Position numbers and translations under genes: made by a program. Positions 38,751-48,365 of a stretch of 64,000 nucleotides of DNA are shown in pieces (the first letter of the stretch is position 1; each line of letters opens with the position of its first letter). The notes beneath the pieces are model-generated. The model was given only the letters and a program-made list of their open reading frames with translations. It had not been told where the DNA came from and did not search any database. The DNA is from an uncultured Bacteroidales bacterium. GTDB taxonomy: Bacteria; Bacteroidota; Bacteroidia; Bacteroidales; FEN-979. The stretch is taken from the NCBI GenBank assembly GCA_903877385.1, contig CAIRDP010000061.1:44566-108565 (forward strand), written 5' to 3'.

Positions 38751-39815
38751 ATGCAGTTCCGGATCATCGATGATACCTTCCAGCTCTACAACCTGATGCT
38801 GAGCGACATAGCCCAGGCGAAGGATTATATACTGCTTGAAACCTACAAGTTCGCCAACGACCATATGGGTGAACGCTTCCGGGATGCCCTTACCAAAAAA
38901 GCAAAAGCAGGAGTCAAAGTGAGGATCCTCATTGATTCCTGGGGCAAAGGCCCGATCAGCGAGAATTTTTTCACCGAGCTTATAAAACACGGGGGGGAGC
39001 TGAAATTTTTCGAGAAGATCAAGATCAACTCCGACCTGTTTACCCGGGGCCATCGTCGCGACCACAGGAAACTTCTCGTGATAGACGATAATGTTGCCTA
39101 CCTGGGTTCGGCGAATATCACGGGGTACAATCTTAACTGGAGGGAGCTTGCCCTGAGGACCGAAGGGGATCTGGCCCTGGCGCTGAAAACGGTTTTTACC
39201 GAAACGTATGAGGCATTCAACCCCTATATCATTTCCAATAAACTCACTTTCACCCGAACTATTTACCAGGGTGATTTCGAGATCATCAGGGATGTGCCTT
39301 CGCTTCCCCTGCAGAGGATCCGCAAGAAATACGCGCATATGATCAAACAGGCGAAGAAATCCGTAGTCATAGAAACACCTTATTTCCTGCCCGGCTATAA
39401 CCTCAGAAAGGCCCTGATGGATGCCGCCAAACGAAAGGTGGATGTAAAGATCATCATGCCCAAGAACTCCGATGTAAGGATGATCGATATATTACGGAAT
39501 AAATACCTGGGGCTTCTCGACAGGAACAATGTGAAGATATTCTTTTACGGGCCTTATAACCTTCACGCAAAAATGATGCTTGTCGACGACTCCGTTTTTT
39601 CTATCTCATCGGCAAACTTTGATTACCGCAGCTTCCGCTTCCAATACGAGGTGGCGCTGATAGGATACGACCAGAGCATTATCGAACAGCTGCAAAAGCA
39701 TGTGGAAGAGACTTTGAAATCCTCCGAAACGTTTATTTATGATCTCTGGGCCAGGCGCTCCTGGGTGGAGAAGTTTTTCGAGTGGTTGTTAACTCCTTTC
39801 AGGCACCTCCTTTAG
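38751..39815 (+). CDS. Phospholipase D-family protein (cardiolipin synthase ClsB-like, no TM)
   Basis: Two HKD motifs: HRKLLVIDDNVAYLGSANI and LHAKMMLVDDSVFSISSANFD. Confidence 0.8.
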   Translation: MQFRIIDDTFQLYNLMLSDIAQAKDYILLETYKFANDHMGERFRDALTKKAKAGVKVRILIDSWGKGPISENFFTELIKHGGELKFFEKIKINSDLFTRGHRRDHRKLLVIDDNVAYLGSANITGYNLNWRELALRTEGDLALALKTVFTETYEAFNPYIISNKLTFTRTIYQGDFEIIRDVPSLPLQRIRKKYAHMIKQAKKSVVIETPYFLPGYNLRKALMDAAKRKVDVKIIMPKNSDVRMIDILRNKYLGLLDRNNVKIFFYGPYNLHAKMMLVDDSVFSISSANFDYRSFRFQYEVALIGYDQSIIEQLQKHVEETLKSSETFIYDLWARRSWVEKFFEWLLTPFRHLL

Positions 39816-40823
39816 AGTTTCCTTTTTCGAGCCGCTGTTCACCAGGGCAACACCGCTGAATATCAGGAGTGCGGCAAGGATCTTGGTCCATGTGATCGTG
39901 CCGCTGCCCACAGTTACCGAGGCTGCCGCTGCAATGAATGGCTGCAGGTAGGTGTAATAGCTTACCACGCTGGGCATGACCCGCTCAAGGGCGTAATTTA
40001 CAAGGAAGTAAGCTATGAAAGTGTTCATTACAATAACGTAAAGCACTAAAAGCCAGGTATTTGTTGAGATGGCTGAAAAATGGATTTCCAGGGCTGGTTT
40101 GATGGAAAAGGGGATGATAAAGATAAACCCGAACAGAGAAACCCATTTTAATATGGTGGCTGTATGGTATTTCCCGGTTAAGGGTTTTATGAGGACGAGG
40201 TAGATGGCGTAGCAAACCATGTTCATAATGATCATGATATTGCCCAGGGCATGGTTCCCGCTGAAACTCAGCCCGCTGCTGTAAAAAATCAGCAGCAGGG
40301 CGCCTGAGCTGCCCAATGCAATTCCCCCTGTTTTTCTCAGGGTGACTTTTTCGCCTATGAGGAAGCTCGAAAAGATCAGTACCAGGATGGGATTGATCAC
40401 ATGCAGGATGGAAGCATCCACGGGGGAAGTATAGGCCAATCCGGCATAAAACAGGGTCTGGTTCAGGCCGAAGCCAAGAACGCCCAGCAAGGCCAGGAGG
40501 ATCAGGTCTTTGCGTGCCACCTTCTCATGAACGAAAAATTTCTGGAAGATATAAAAACAGCTGACACCTCCTGCAAGCCTTAGGAAAATCAGCTGCAGTG
40601 GAGTAAAGATCCCTGTAAGCAGGTATTTCGAGATGGCATAATTGAGTCCCCATATAAAGGCAGTAGCCAGTAAGGCAAGGTGCGCACGCTGGTTTTGTGA
40701 GGGCGGTTTCATAGGGGGGTCAAAGGTACGAAATCCGTAATTCGTGGCCCGCGACCAGTTTGGCGGAACATGAAAAAGGCCATCCCGGTAAGGGACAGCC
40801 TTTTGATCCAACCAATTATCCAA
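39789..40823 (-). CDS. DMT-superfamily (EamA-type) transporter
   Basis: 10 predicted TM helices in two EamA-like halves. An alternative start at M38 (40712) would remove a non-hydrophobic 37-aa leader. The 3' end overlaps the PLD gene by 27 nt (convergent). Confidence 0.75.
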   Translation of the reverse strand: MDNWLDQKAVPYRDGLFHVPPNWSRATNYGFRTFDPPMKPPSQNQRAHLALLATAFIWGLNYAISKYLLTGIFTPLQLIFLRLAGGVSCFYIFQKFFVHEKVARKDLILLALLGVLGFGLNQTLFYAGLAYTSPVDASILHVINPILVLIFSSFLIGEKVTLRKTGGIALGSSGALLLIFYSSGLSFSGNHALGNIMIIMNMVCYAIYLVLIKPLTGKYHTATILKWVSLFGFIFIIPFSIKPALEIHFSAISTNTWLLVLYVIVMNTFIAYFLVNYALERVMPSVVSYYTYLQPFIAAAASVTVGSGTITWTKILAALLIFSGVALVNSGSKKETLKEVPERS

Positions 40824-40827
40824 GCTT

Positions 40828-41253
40828 TTATGAGATCTTGATTTCTTTTTTGATTTCCAGCTTTGCTTCTTCGCGTTTTGGCATGGTAACTTTAAGTATG
40901 CCTTCCTGGTAATCGGCTTTTATGGTTTCAAGATTGATCGTCTTGGGCAGTGTGAAGGAACGGCTGAAAGAGCCATAGTAAAATTCCTTGCGGGTATAGT
41001 TTTTTCCTTCTTCCTGTTTTTCATCTTCAATATCAGCCGAAATTGTAAGTACGCTGTTTTCAAGATGGATCTTGAAGTCGTCTTTTTTTAATCCGGGAGC
41101 TGCAATCTCCAGCAGGAACGAATCGGCCTGTTCAACAATGTTGGCAGCCGGGTCGGTGATACGTTTTCCGAAAAAATCACCCAGTTCGTTTTCAAAAAAG
41201 TTACTCATCATGTCGCCTAAGGGGTTTCTCTGATGCCATCTGATAAGTGTCAT
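40828..41253 (-). CDS. Hsp20/alpha-crystallin small heat-shock protein
   Basis: 141 aa with an alpha-crystallin domain (F.LE.AAPGLKKDDFKI....VLTISA......G.F.RSF.LP...........GIL.V..PK). Confidence 0.95.
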   Translation of the reverse strand: MTLIRWHQRNPLGDMMSNFFENELGDFFGKRITDPAANIVEQADSFLLEIAAPGLKKDDFKIHLENSVLTISADIEDEKQEEGKNYTRKEFYYGSFSRSFTLPKTINLETIKADYQEGILKVTMPKREEAKLEIKKEIKIS

Positions 41254-41257
41254 AATT

Positions 41258-41265
41258 ACCTCCTT
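41258..41265 (-). promoter_or_regulatory. Strong Shine-Dalgarno sequence (AAGGAGGT) 4 nt upstream of the hsp20 ATG
   Basis: The - strand reads AAGGAGGTAATTATG. None of the other start regions I checked in the window has a comparable SD. Confidence 0.6.
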
Positions 41266-41408
41266 GTTTTTATGTTAATTTTTTGTGTTTGCTGATGAGA
41301 TTATCTCAAATTTTATACCATGGGAAAATTATGCACAAACACCGACAGAATGGCGCAAAGTGAAGAAGTCCTGGTGACGTTTTGGCAGGCGTTGATAAGA
41401 AACGGGCA

Positions 41409-42914
41409 TTACCCGCAATGCAGGAAAGCATTTACCAGCTTAAGGATTTCCTTCTCGTTATCCTTGATGGATTCGCGCAGGAACTCGTCGTTATAACCTT
41501 TCAGCTTTTTGATAATGCCGTCGATGACCAGTGACGGAAATACCCCGTCCTTTTCGTAAATAGCCCTTTGCTTTTGAAGAAAGCCTGCGCTTTTCCAGCA
41601 TGAATCGGGAAGGTGTTGAAGGTCTTTCAACCTTTGCTTGAATTTCTCATCAAAGATATTGATATCGACATACGTTTTCCCTGCATATTCCAGGGCATCC
41701 TTCATCTGCAGACCGTGCCTTGCCGCAACGGTGAGCCCGGCAAACAGGAGGTAGATATCCGCAGACCCATCAGGACAACGGAATTCAACAGTCTGCCTGC
41801 TCCCGAAACCTTTCTGGGTGTCTTTTTCGAAGGGGTTGGCATCGGTGATCATATCGTGTTTGCTGCCCCAGCCCAGGGGAACGCGCACCAGGACCGAGCG
41901 GTTGCGGTCGCCCCAGCAGATATTGGTGGGAGCTTCCTGATGGGGAACCAGCCTGAAGTACGAGGTGGGGATGGTATTCCCGAATGCAGTGAGAGACTGT
42001 GAGAGGTCGAGGTAGCCCGCGATGGCCCTGCGTGCGGTGTCGGAAAGTTTACCGTTATCGAGCATCTGGCTTTTATCGTTCTTCATCAGCCTGGTATGCA
42101 CATGCAGTCCGCTCCCGGCTTTTCCCGAAGTGATCTTGGGTGCGAAAGTCACCGTCACACCGTATTTGTAAGCAAGGCAGCGCAGTATCCATTTTGCGAT
42201 CAGGATCTGTTCAGCTGCATCCTCCAGCTTGACCGGGATGAATTCGATCTCGTTCTGTTCGAAGCTGAGTCCGGTTTCGGTGAAGTTGCCTACTTCGGAA
42301 TGCCCGTATTTGATGTACCCCCCGCAGCTTGCAATGGCTTTCATGGCCTCGAGCCTGAGGTTTTCCCATTTGCAGAAGGGAGCCGATTCGTGGTAGCCTT
42401 TCTGGTCGGCTGCTTCAAACAGGTTGTTTTTTTCGGAGATGATATAATATTCCAGTTCACCCATCACCTCGAACGAAAGTCCCGATTCTTTTTTCAGGGC
42501 CTCATGTGACTTGCGGAGGATATACTCAGGCGAATTGGCAAAGGGCAGCCCGTCCTTGTCGTAATAGGAACATAGGATATCAATGGCCGGGAACTGGGAA
42601 AAAGGATTTACGAAAGCTGTCCTGTAACGGGGGATAACGTAAAGGTCCGATGCCCCGGCTTCCACGTAATTCGGGAAAAGGCTGGAACCGTCAACCCTCT
42701 CCCCGGCGCTGAGGATGCTGTCGAGGTGTTTGCGGCTTTTGATCATGAAATTCAGGGTCTTCAACCGTCCGTCGGCGCCGGCATAGCGAAAATTCATCAT
42801 GCCGATGCCGTTGGATTCAATATACCTGATGATATCGCTTTTTGTAAATTCTTCGGATGGCTTGTCGAGAAATCTGATGAGCGGGTTCGGGTTGAGGACT
42901 ACTGCTTCATTCAT
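41409..42914 (-). CDS. glnA: Glutamine synthetase family protein (~500 aa form)
   Basis: Start moved to MNEAVVLNP; the longer ORF would overlap the divergent terC start. Catalytic-domain motifs: FEVMGELEYYI, KAGSGLHVHTRL, NRSVLVRVP. Confidence 0.8.
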   Translation of the reverse strand: MNEAVVLNPNPLIRFLDKPSEEFTKSDIIRYIESNGIGMMNFRYAGADGRLKTLNFMIKSRKHLDSILSAGERVDGSSLFPNYVEAGASDLYVIPRYRTAFVNPFSQFPAIDILCSYYDKDGLPFANSPEYILRKSHEALKKESGLSFEVMGELEYYIISEKNNLFEAADQKGYHESAPFCKWENLRLEAMKAIASCGGYIKYGHSEVGNFTETGLSFEQNEIEFIPVKLEDAAEQILIAKWILRCLAYKYGVTVTFAPKITSGKAGSGLHVHTRLMKNDKSQMLDNGKLSDTARRAIAGYLDLSQSLTAFGNTIPTSYFRLVPHQEAPTNICWGDRNRSVLVRVPLGWGSKHDMITDANPFEKDTQKGFGSRQTVEFRCPDGSADIYLLFAGLTVAARHGLQMKDALEYAGKTYVDINIFDEKFKQRLKDLQHLPDSCWKSAGFLQKQRAIYEKDGVFPSLVIDGIIKKLKGYNDEFLRESIKDNEKEILKLVNAFLHCG

Positions 42915-43002
42915 GTTAACAGTTTTAGAAAAGTATTCAAAGGCTTGCAAAAGTAAGAATTTTCCGTAAATTTGATACACCATCAACGTATTCCGAACCT
43001 CT

Positions 43003-44064
43003 ATGTTATTTAATCTTAACGAACTTATCTTCTTCTCGTCATTTCTTGTGTTCATCGTGGTGTTGCTGCTGATCGATCTCGGGGTTTTTCAGAAGAACTC
43101 CCATGTGCTGACCTTCAGGGAGTCGCTTAACTGGACCCTGGTTTGGGTGATAATATCCCTTTTGTTTTATATCCTGATTCGCTTTCACGGGAACTGGATC
43201 CACGGACTGGATTCCTTATCGGCCATCCAGGACCGCATCACCAGGTTTCACCATCCCATTACCATAAAAGGCCTCAGCCTGGAGGATGCCATCAGCCGTT
43301 ATAATAAAAACCTTTCACTGGAATATCTTACGGGTTACCTGATTGAATATTCCCTGTCGGTGGATAACGTTTTCGTGATCATCCTGATATTCATTTCCTT
43401 TAAGATCAGGCCGAAGTATTACAAGCGGGTATTGTTCTGGGGCATACTCGGCGCCATCGTCATGAGGTTCCTTTTCATTTTTATTTCAGCCGTCCTTATC
43501 CAGAGATTCGCATGGTTCCTGTATATTTTTGGCGTCATGCTGGTCATTATAGGGATTAAAATGGGATGGGAGTTTTTATCCGACAAAAAAGAAGAGAAAA
43601 TCGATACGGAACACCACCCTGTGGTCGGCTTCATGTCGAAGTATTTCAGGGTGACAAAAGAAGATCATGAAGAGAAATTCTGGGTGAGCAGGAGCGGCAA
43701 AATCTATTTCACTCCCCTGTTCATCGTATTGCTGATCATTGAGTTCTCGGATGTGCTTTTTGCCGTTGATTCAGTTCCTGCCGTTTTCTCGGTCACCCTT
43801 GATCCTTACATCGTTTTTTTCTCGAATATTTTCGCTATCCTTGGATTACGTTCCCTGTTTTTCCTGGTCATGGATGTGATGAACCGCTTCCATTACCTTA
43901 AACTCGGGCTTGCCTTCCTCTTAAGTTTCGTGGGAGTGAAAATGCTGCTTTCGTATTTCTATAAACTCAGCACGAATCATTCCCTTCTGATTATAGCTTC
44001 CATACTTGCCATAAGCGTAATTGCCTCCTTGATACGTTCGGTCGTCATAAAAAAATCAACATGA
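43003..44064 (+). CDS. TerC-family integral membrane protein
   Basis: 353 aa and polytopic. TerC motifs EYSLSVDNVFVI and EFSDVLFAVDSVPAVF. Confidence 0.9.
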   Translation: MLFNLNELIFFSSFLVFIVVLLLIDLGVFQKNSHVLTFRESLNWTLVWVIISLLFYILIRFHGNWIHGLDSLSAIQDRITRFHHPITIKGLSLEDAISRYNKNLSLEYLTGYLIEYSLSVDNVFVIILIFISFKIRPKYYKRVLFWGILGAIVMRFLFIFISAVLIQRFAWFLYIFGVMLVIIGIKMGWEFLSDKKEEKIDTEHHPVVGFMSKYFRVTKEDHEEKFWVSRSGKIYFTPLFIVLLIIEFSDVLFAVDSVPAVFSVTLDPYIVFFSNIFAILGLRSLFFLVMDVMNRFHYLKLGLAFLLSFVGVKMLLSYFYKLSTNHSLLIIASILAISVIASLIRSVVIKKST

Positions 44065-47000
44065 ATACAAGCCCCTCCGGTAAAATGAAAAAACTGATTT
44101 TTTCACCCAAAAAGAGCCTGGGCGCCCGGCTGCTGATGTGGTTTTTTTCGGTCTCGGTTTTACCGCTACTTATCATCATTGCCATAGGGTTGCCATTTAC
44201 CAACAGGACCTCGCGGCAGGTGGCGATAAACACCCTGACCTTTTCGTACAACCAGAAGTATGAACAGCTGAGTAGCTATTACCGGGAACTGGTGCAGCAT
44301 ACTATTGTGCAGTCACGGCTTGATTTCACCCTGCCTTTGATAAAGCAGATTACCGGTGAATGCTTAAAATCGGGCAAACCCATCCAGGCTTTCATCCGTA
44401 CCGAAGAGTACAGGAATATTATCAATCCGGTTGAAGCGGTATTCACTAAAATATCAAAGGAGGGAGAAATTTCTGATGTTTTATTATTGAATGCTGATGG
44501 CCTTATCGTTTTTTCGATGAATAAGGGGAGCGAGCTTGGGCGGAATATCAGCGAGGATGGCCTGAAGACTTCGGTATTTGGCCAGGCCTTTCAGAAAGTT
44601 AAAAATGAAAAGGATGTCAGGCTTTCCGAGATCGGCTCTTACGAAACGAATAAACGGCCCTGTTTTTTCCTGATAAACCCCCTCAGTGAATCCGGTTCGG
44701 TTCAGGGATACATGGCTTTCAGGATTTCCACTGAAGCCATCGAAAGCATCCTTGCTTCCGAAAACAAGTTGGGAACTTCGGCTGTGGCATACATTCTCAA
44801 CCAGGATATGAAGATCCTTGCTACCAGTGATCCTGATGACCCGAAGTATTCCGTCTTCAAACAAATTTCCAACAAGGAAGCCGAAAAGCAGTTTGCACAT
44901 ACGGGATCGGGCAAAGCCGGCAGTAATACCAGCGGGTACACGGTTGAATCATACCAGGATGCATACGGGAATGATGTTTTCGGCAGCTGCATACCCTTAT
45001 CGGGACTGGCGAAATACGGGCAGAACTACGTGTTTGTGCAGGAGATCGGTACAAATGAGGCCAAGGGGGCCAATGTGCAGATCATTATCGTAATGATGAG
45101 CCTTGTCATAATTATACTTGTCCTGGTGGTCATCTCGGTACTTTATCTTGCGAGGCGTATAGTAAAACCCATCAACCAGCTGTCGGTATGGGCGGGTTCA
45201 ATTGCCGAAGGGGACCTTGCTTATATGGATATTCAAACAACTGAAGATGAAATAGGACAGGTAAATTCAAGTTTCCGCAGGGTTGTTGAATCTTACCGCG
45301 AGATCGCCGATGTGGCAGGTTCGATGGCGGTGGGGGATTTTGAACACAAGGTTGTGGAAAAGGGTCCTAAAGACCGCCTGGGCAAGTCGGTGAACGAGAT
45401 GCTCGAAAGTTTCAAGTCGGTGATCGAGCAGGCCACCCGTATTTCAAACGGAGATTATTCAAGCGAGATCCAGCCAAGGGGCGAGAAGGACAGCCTGGGA
45501 AAAGCCCTGCAGGTGATGACCAGGACCCTGCGTGAGAATTCCGAGGCAATGAGCTCCCAGGACTGGCTAAAATCGGGCATGGCGGAACTCAGCATGAAGT
45601 TAAGCGGGGATAAACCCAGCCAGGAACTGACCCGAGAACTTATCACCTTCCTGGTGAAATATCTTGATGCCCAGCTTGGATTGTTTTACCTGGCCGATGA
45701 TAAGGAAGACCTCACTCTTACGGCCACTTACGCTTTCAACGACCGTAAAGGGAATTTCAGCAGCCTGAAATCCGGCGAAGGGCTGGTTGGACAGGCAGCG
45801 CTTGAAAAAGAGATCATTGTTTTCAGGGATGTACAGGAAAATGCACCTGCCCTGAATTACGGGGTGGATGAAAAGATCCCGTCGCACTTTATCATAGCCC
45901 CCCTGGTTCATGACAGGCAGCTTGCAGGTGTGATCCAGATAGGGAAGCTTGAAGCTTTCACACCCCTCCAGCGTAAATTCATTGAACAGGTGCTCGATCC
46001 TTCGTCCATCTCCCTCATTACTTCCACTTCAAGGGCCAAGGTTAAACAGCTTCTTGAGCAGACCCAGCAGCAGGCCGAGAGGCTGCAGGTTCAGCAGGAA
46101 GAACTCAGGCAGACCAACGAGGAACTCGAAGAACAAACGAAGGCGCTCAGGAGTTCCGAAGAAGCTTTGCAGGCCCAGCAGGAGGAGTTGCGTGTTATCA
46201 ATGAAGAACTCCAGGAAAGGACCAAGGCGCTGGAAGACCAGAGAGACGACATCCGCACAAAAAACACTGAACTCACCAGGGCAAGGAACCAAATCGAAGA
46301 GAAGGCAAAGGACCTTGAGGTTGCGAGCAAATACAAATCGGAGTTCCTGGCCAATATGTCGCACGAACTGCGTACCCCTCTGAACAGCATCATAGTGCTT
46401 TCCCAGCTGTTATCGGAGAACAAGAAGCAGAACCTTACCGAAAAGCAGATCGAGTATGCCAGCACTATCAACAGTTCGGGAAGCGATCTTTTGGACCTGA
46501 TCAACGAGATCCTCGACCTGAGCAAGATCGAAGCCGGGCGCATTGAGCTTCATCCCGAAACCGTTGACCTGAAAGAGATACTGAACCAGATGGAACTTTT
46601 CTTCAAACCAATGGTTGAGAAGAAAGGCCTGAATTTCAGTTTGAATATTGATGAGCAGGTACCTGAAAAAGTATTTCTGGATAACCAGAGACTTCAGCAG
46701 ATACTGAAGAACCTGCTTTCAAACGCGCTTAAATTCACCGAAAAAGGTGCCGTAAGGCTGGATGTAAGGAGGCCTTTGGATCTGCCGCAAACGGGCCTGG
46801 CGGGGCTTAATCCTGAAACTTCCCTGGCATTTACCGTGAGTGATACAGGGATAGGAATACCCAGGGACAAGCTTAAGATCATCTTTGAAGCCTTCCAGCA
46901 GGCCGATGGTACGACCAGCCGGAGGTTCGGGGGTACGGGGCTGGGGCTTACAATCTCACGTTCCTTTGCCCAGGTGATGGGAGGGGATATACAGTTGCTG

Positions 47001-48362
47001 AGCGAAGAAGGAAAAGGTTCGATGTTTACACTTCTTCTTCCCGAAAAATACGAGGAAACTGTTAAAAAGCCCGAAGCTGTTAAACCCCCAAAGAAGGATG
47101 TTGTTGCCGCTGAACCCAAACCTGTCGTGGCCAGGGCCATGGCGAATGAAAATCCTGCCCATGACCACAGAGAGATCATACAGAAGGGCGATAAGGTGCT
47201 GCTGATCATTGAAGATGATCCTTCCTTTGCCAGGATACTGTTCGACCTTGCCGAGGAGAAAGGGTATAAATGCCTGAGTGCAAGGGACGGGGAAAGCGGG
47301 TTATACCTGGCCGACCTGCATGTCCCCAGCGCTATCATACTCGACATTGGCCTGCCGGGCATAGACGGCTGGGAAGTTATGGAAAGATTGCACCAGGATG
47401 CTAAAACAAGGCATATCCCGGTACACTTTATCTCGGCCATGGACAAGTCGAGGGAAGCAATGCAACTGGGAGCCATAGGCTATTTGACAAAACCGGTCAG
47501 TATTGAGAAGCTCAGGGATGCCTTTGGGCGTATCGAGGATGTCATCTCCAAACCTATGAAAAAACTCCTGGTTGTTGATGACGATGCTGTAACCCGAAAA
47601 AGCATTGTAGGCCTTATCGGCAACGGGGATGTTACTACAAGCCCGGTGAGCAGCGGGGCTGAGGCTTATACCCTTCTTGAGAAGGAAAATTTCGATTGCA
47701 TGATCCTTGACCTTGGGCTTGAAGATATGAGCGGGTTTGATCTCATCGAAAAGATCCGGTCCAATAACAGGCTTGCCGGCCTGCCAATCATTATTTATAC
47801 GGGCAAGGACCTCAGCAGGGAAGAAGAAGACAGGCTGCAGAAGTATGCCGACAGCATCATCATCAAGGGGATACGTTCTCCTGAACGCCTGCTGGCCGAG
47901 ACCTCGCTTTTCCTTCACAGGGTGGAAGCCAATCTGCCTAAGGAAAAGCAGGAAATGATCAGGATGCTGTACAACCAGGAGGATGTTTTTCATGACCGCA
48001 CTATCCTCGTTGTAGACGATGATTCACGCAATGTTTTCGCGATCACTTCGGTGCTTGAGGAACGCGGGCTGAATGTCATTTCGGCGGGGAACGGGCGGGA
48101 AGGCATCGACAGGCTCAAGGCACACCCCGAAATAAGCCTGGTGCTGATGGATGTGATGATGCCCGAAATGGACGGGTATGAAGCTATCGGGATCATCAGG
48201 AAAATACCCAGATACGAACATCTGCCCATCATAGCGCTCACTGCAAAGGCGATGAAGGAGGACAGGGACAATTGCATTGAGGCAGGAGCCAATGATTACC
48301 TTGCCAAACCGGTCGACAGTCAAAAGCTGTTATCTTTGTTAAGGGTTTGGCTGTATAAATAG
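44061..48362 (+). CDS. Hybrid sensor histidine kinase: 2 TM + extracytoplasmic sensor domain, HAMP-like x3, GAF, long coiled coil, HisKA/HATPase_c, three receiver domains
   Basis: TM1 about residues 24-46, TM2 IIIVMMSLVIIILVLVVISVLYL. GD[LFY] HAMP-like segments. GAF segment (GEGLVGQAALEKEIIVF). H-box SEFLANMSHELRTPLN. G-boxes DTGIGI and GGTGLGLTIS. REC signatures (LIIEDD..ILDIGLPGIDG; LVVDDD..ILDLGLEDMSG; LVVDDD..LMDVMMPEMDG..TAKA). The ATGA start overlaps the terC stop. Confidence 0.9.
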   Translation: MNTSPSGKMKKLIFSPKKSLGARLLMWFFSVSVLPLLIIIAIGLPFTNRTSRQVAINTLTFSYNQKYEQLSSYYRELVQHTIVQSRLDFTLPLIKQITGECLKSGKPIQAFIRTEEYRNIINPVEAVFTKISKEGEISDVLLLNADGLIVFSMNKGSELGRNISEDGLKTSVFGQAFQKVKNEKDVRLSEIGSYETNKRPCFFLINPLSESGSVQGYMAFRISTEAIESILASENKLGTSAVAYILNQDMKILATSDPDDPKYSVFKQISNKEAEKQFAHTGSGKAGSNTSGYTVESYQDAYGNDVFGSCIPLSGLAKYGQNYVFVQEIGTNEAKGANVQIIIVMMSLVIIILVLVVISVLYLARRIVKPINQLSVWAGSIAEGDLAYMDIQTTEDEIGQVNSSFRRVVESYREIADVAGSMAVGDFEHKVVEKGPKDRLGKSVNEMLESFKSVIEQATRISNGDYSSEIQPRGEKDSLGKALQVMTRTLRENSEAMSSQDWLKSGMAELSMKLSGDKPSQELTRELITFLVKYLDAQLGLFYLADDKEDLTLTATYAFNDRKGNFSSLKSGEGLVGQAALEKEIIVFRDVQENAPALNYGVDEKIPSHFIIAPLVHDRQLAGVIQIGKLEAFTPLQRKFIEQVLDPSSISLITSTSRAKVKQLLEQTQQQAERLQVQQEELRQTNEELEEQTKALRSSEEALQAQQEELRVINEELQERTKALEDQRDDIRTKNTELTRARNQIEEKAKDLEVASKYKSEFLANMSHELRTPLNSIIVLSQLLSENKKQNLTEKQIEYASTINSSGSDLLDLINEILDLSKIEAGRIELHPETVDLKEILNQMELFFKPMVEKKGLNFSLNIDEQVPEKVFLDNQRLQQILKNLLSNALKFTEKGAVRLDVRRPLDLPQTGLAGLNPETSLAFTVSDTGIGIPRDKLKIIFEAFQQADGTTSRRFGGTGLGLTISRSFAQVMGGDIQLLSEEGKGSMFTLLLPEKYEETVKKPEAVKPPKKDVVAAEPKPVVARAMANENPAHDHREIIQKGDKVLLIIEDDPSFARILFDLAEEKGYKCLSARDGESGLYLADLHVPSAIILDIGLPGIDGWEVMERLHQDAKTRHIPVHFISAMDKSREAMQLGAIGYLTKPVSIEKLRDAFGRIEDVISKPMKKLLVVDDDAVTRKSIVGLIGNGDVTTSPVSSGAEAYTLLEKENFDCMILDLGLEDMSGFDLIEKIRSNNRLAGLPIIIYTGKDLSREEEDRLQKYADSIIIKGIRSPERLLAETSLFLHRVEANLPKEKQEMIRMLYNQEDVFHDRTILVVDDDSRNVFAITSVLEERGLNVISAGNGREGIDRLKAHPEISLVLMDVMMPEMDGYEAIGIIRKIPRYEHLPIIALTAKAMKEDRDNCIEAGANDYLAKPVDSQKLLSLLRVWLYK

Positions 48363-48365
48363 AAT

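Noticed and set aside
38586-39338. 250-aa minus-strand ORF spanning the 16-bp repeat array and the 5' half of the PLD gene
   Set aside because: Antisense to a CDS with two clear HKD motifs, and it reads through a non-coding tandem repeat.
42915-43002. yybP-ykoY (Mn) riboswitch upstream of the TerC-family gene
   Set aside because: The 88-nt AT-rich spacer is too short and lacks the conserved four-way-junction sequence elements.
42915-43055. Upstream extension of the glutamine synthetase ORF (track start 43055)
   Set aside because: It would overlap the divergent terC start by 53 nt. The conserved N-terminal domain starts at the Met at 42914.
45949-46543. Several 100-150-aa ORFs in alternative frames and strands over the HK coiled-coil region
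   Set aside because: They are products of the low-complexity GAA/CAG-rich coding sequence of the coiled coil. The HK frame is continuous and motif-supported.
46694-47993. 260-aa and 230-aa minus-strand ORFs (46694..47476, 47301..47993)
   Set aside because: Antisense to the HATPase and receiver regions of the hybrid kinase. Ser/Leu-rich shadow frames.
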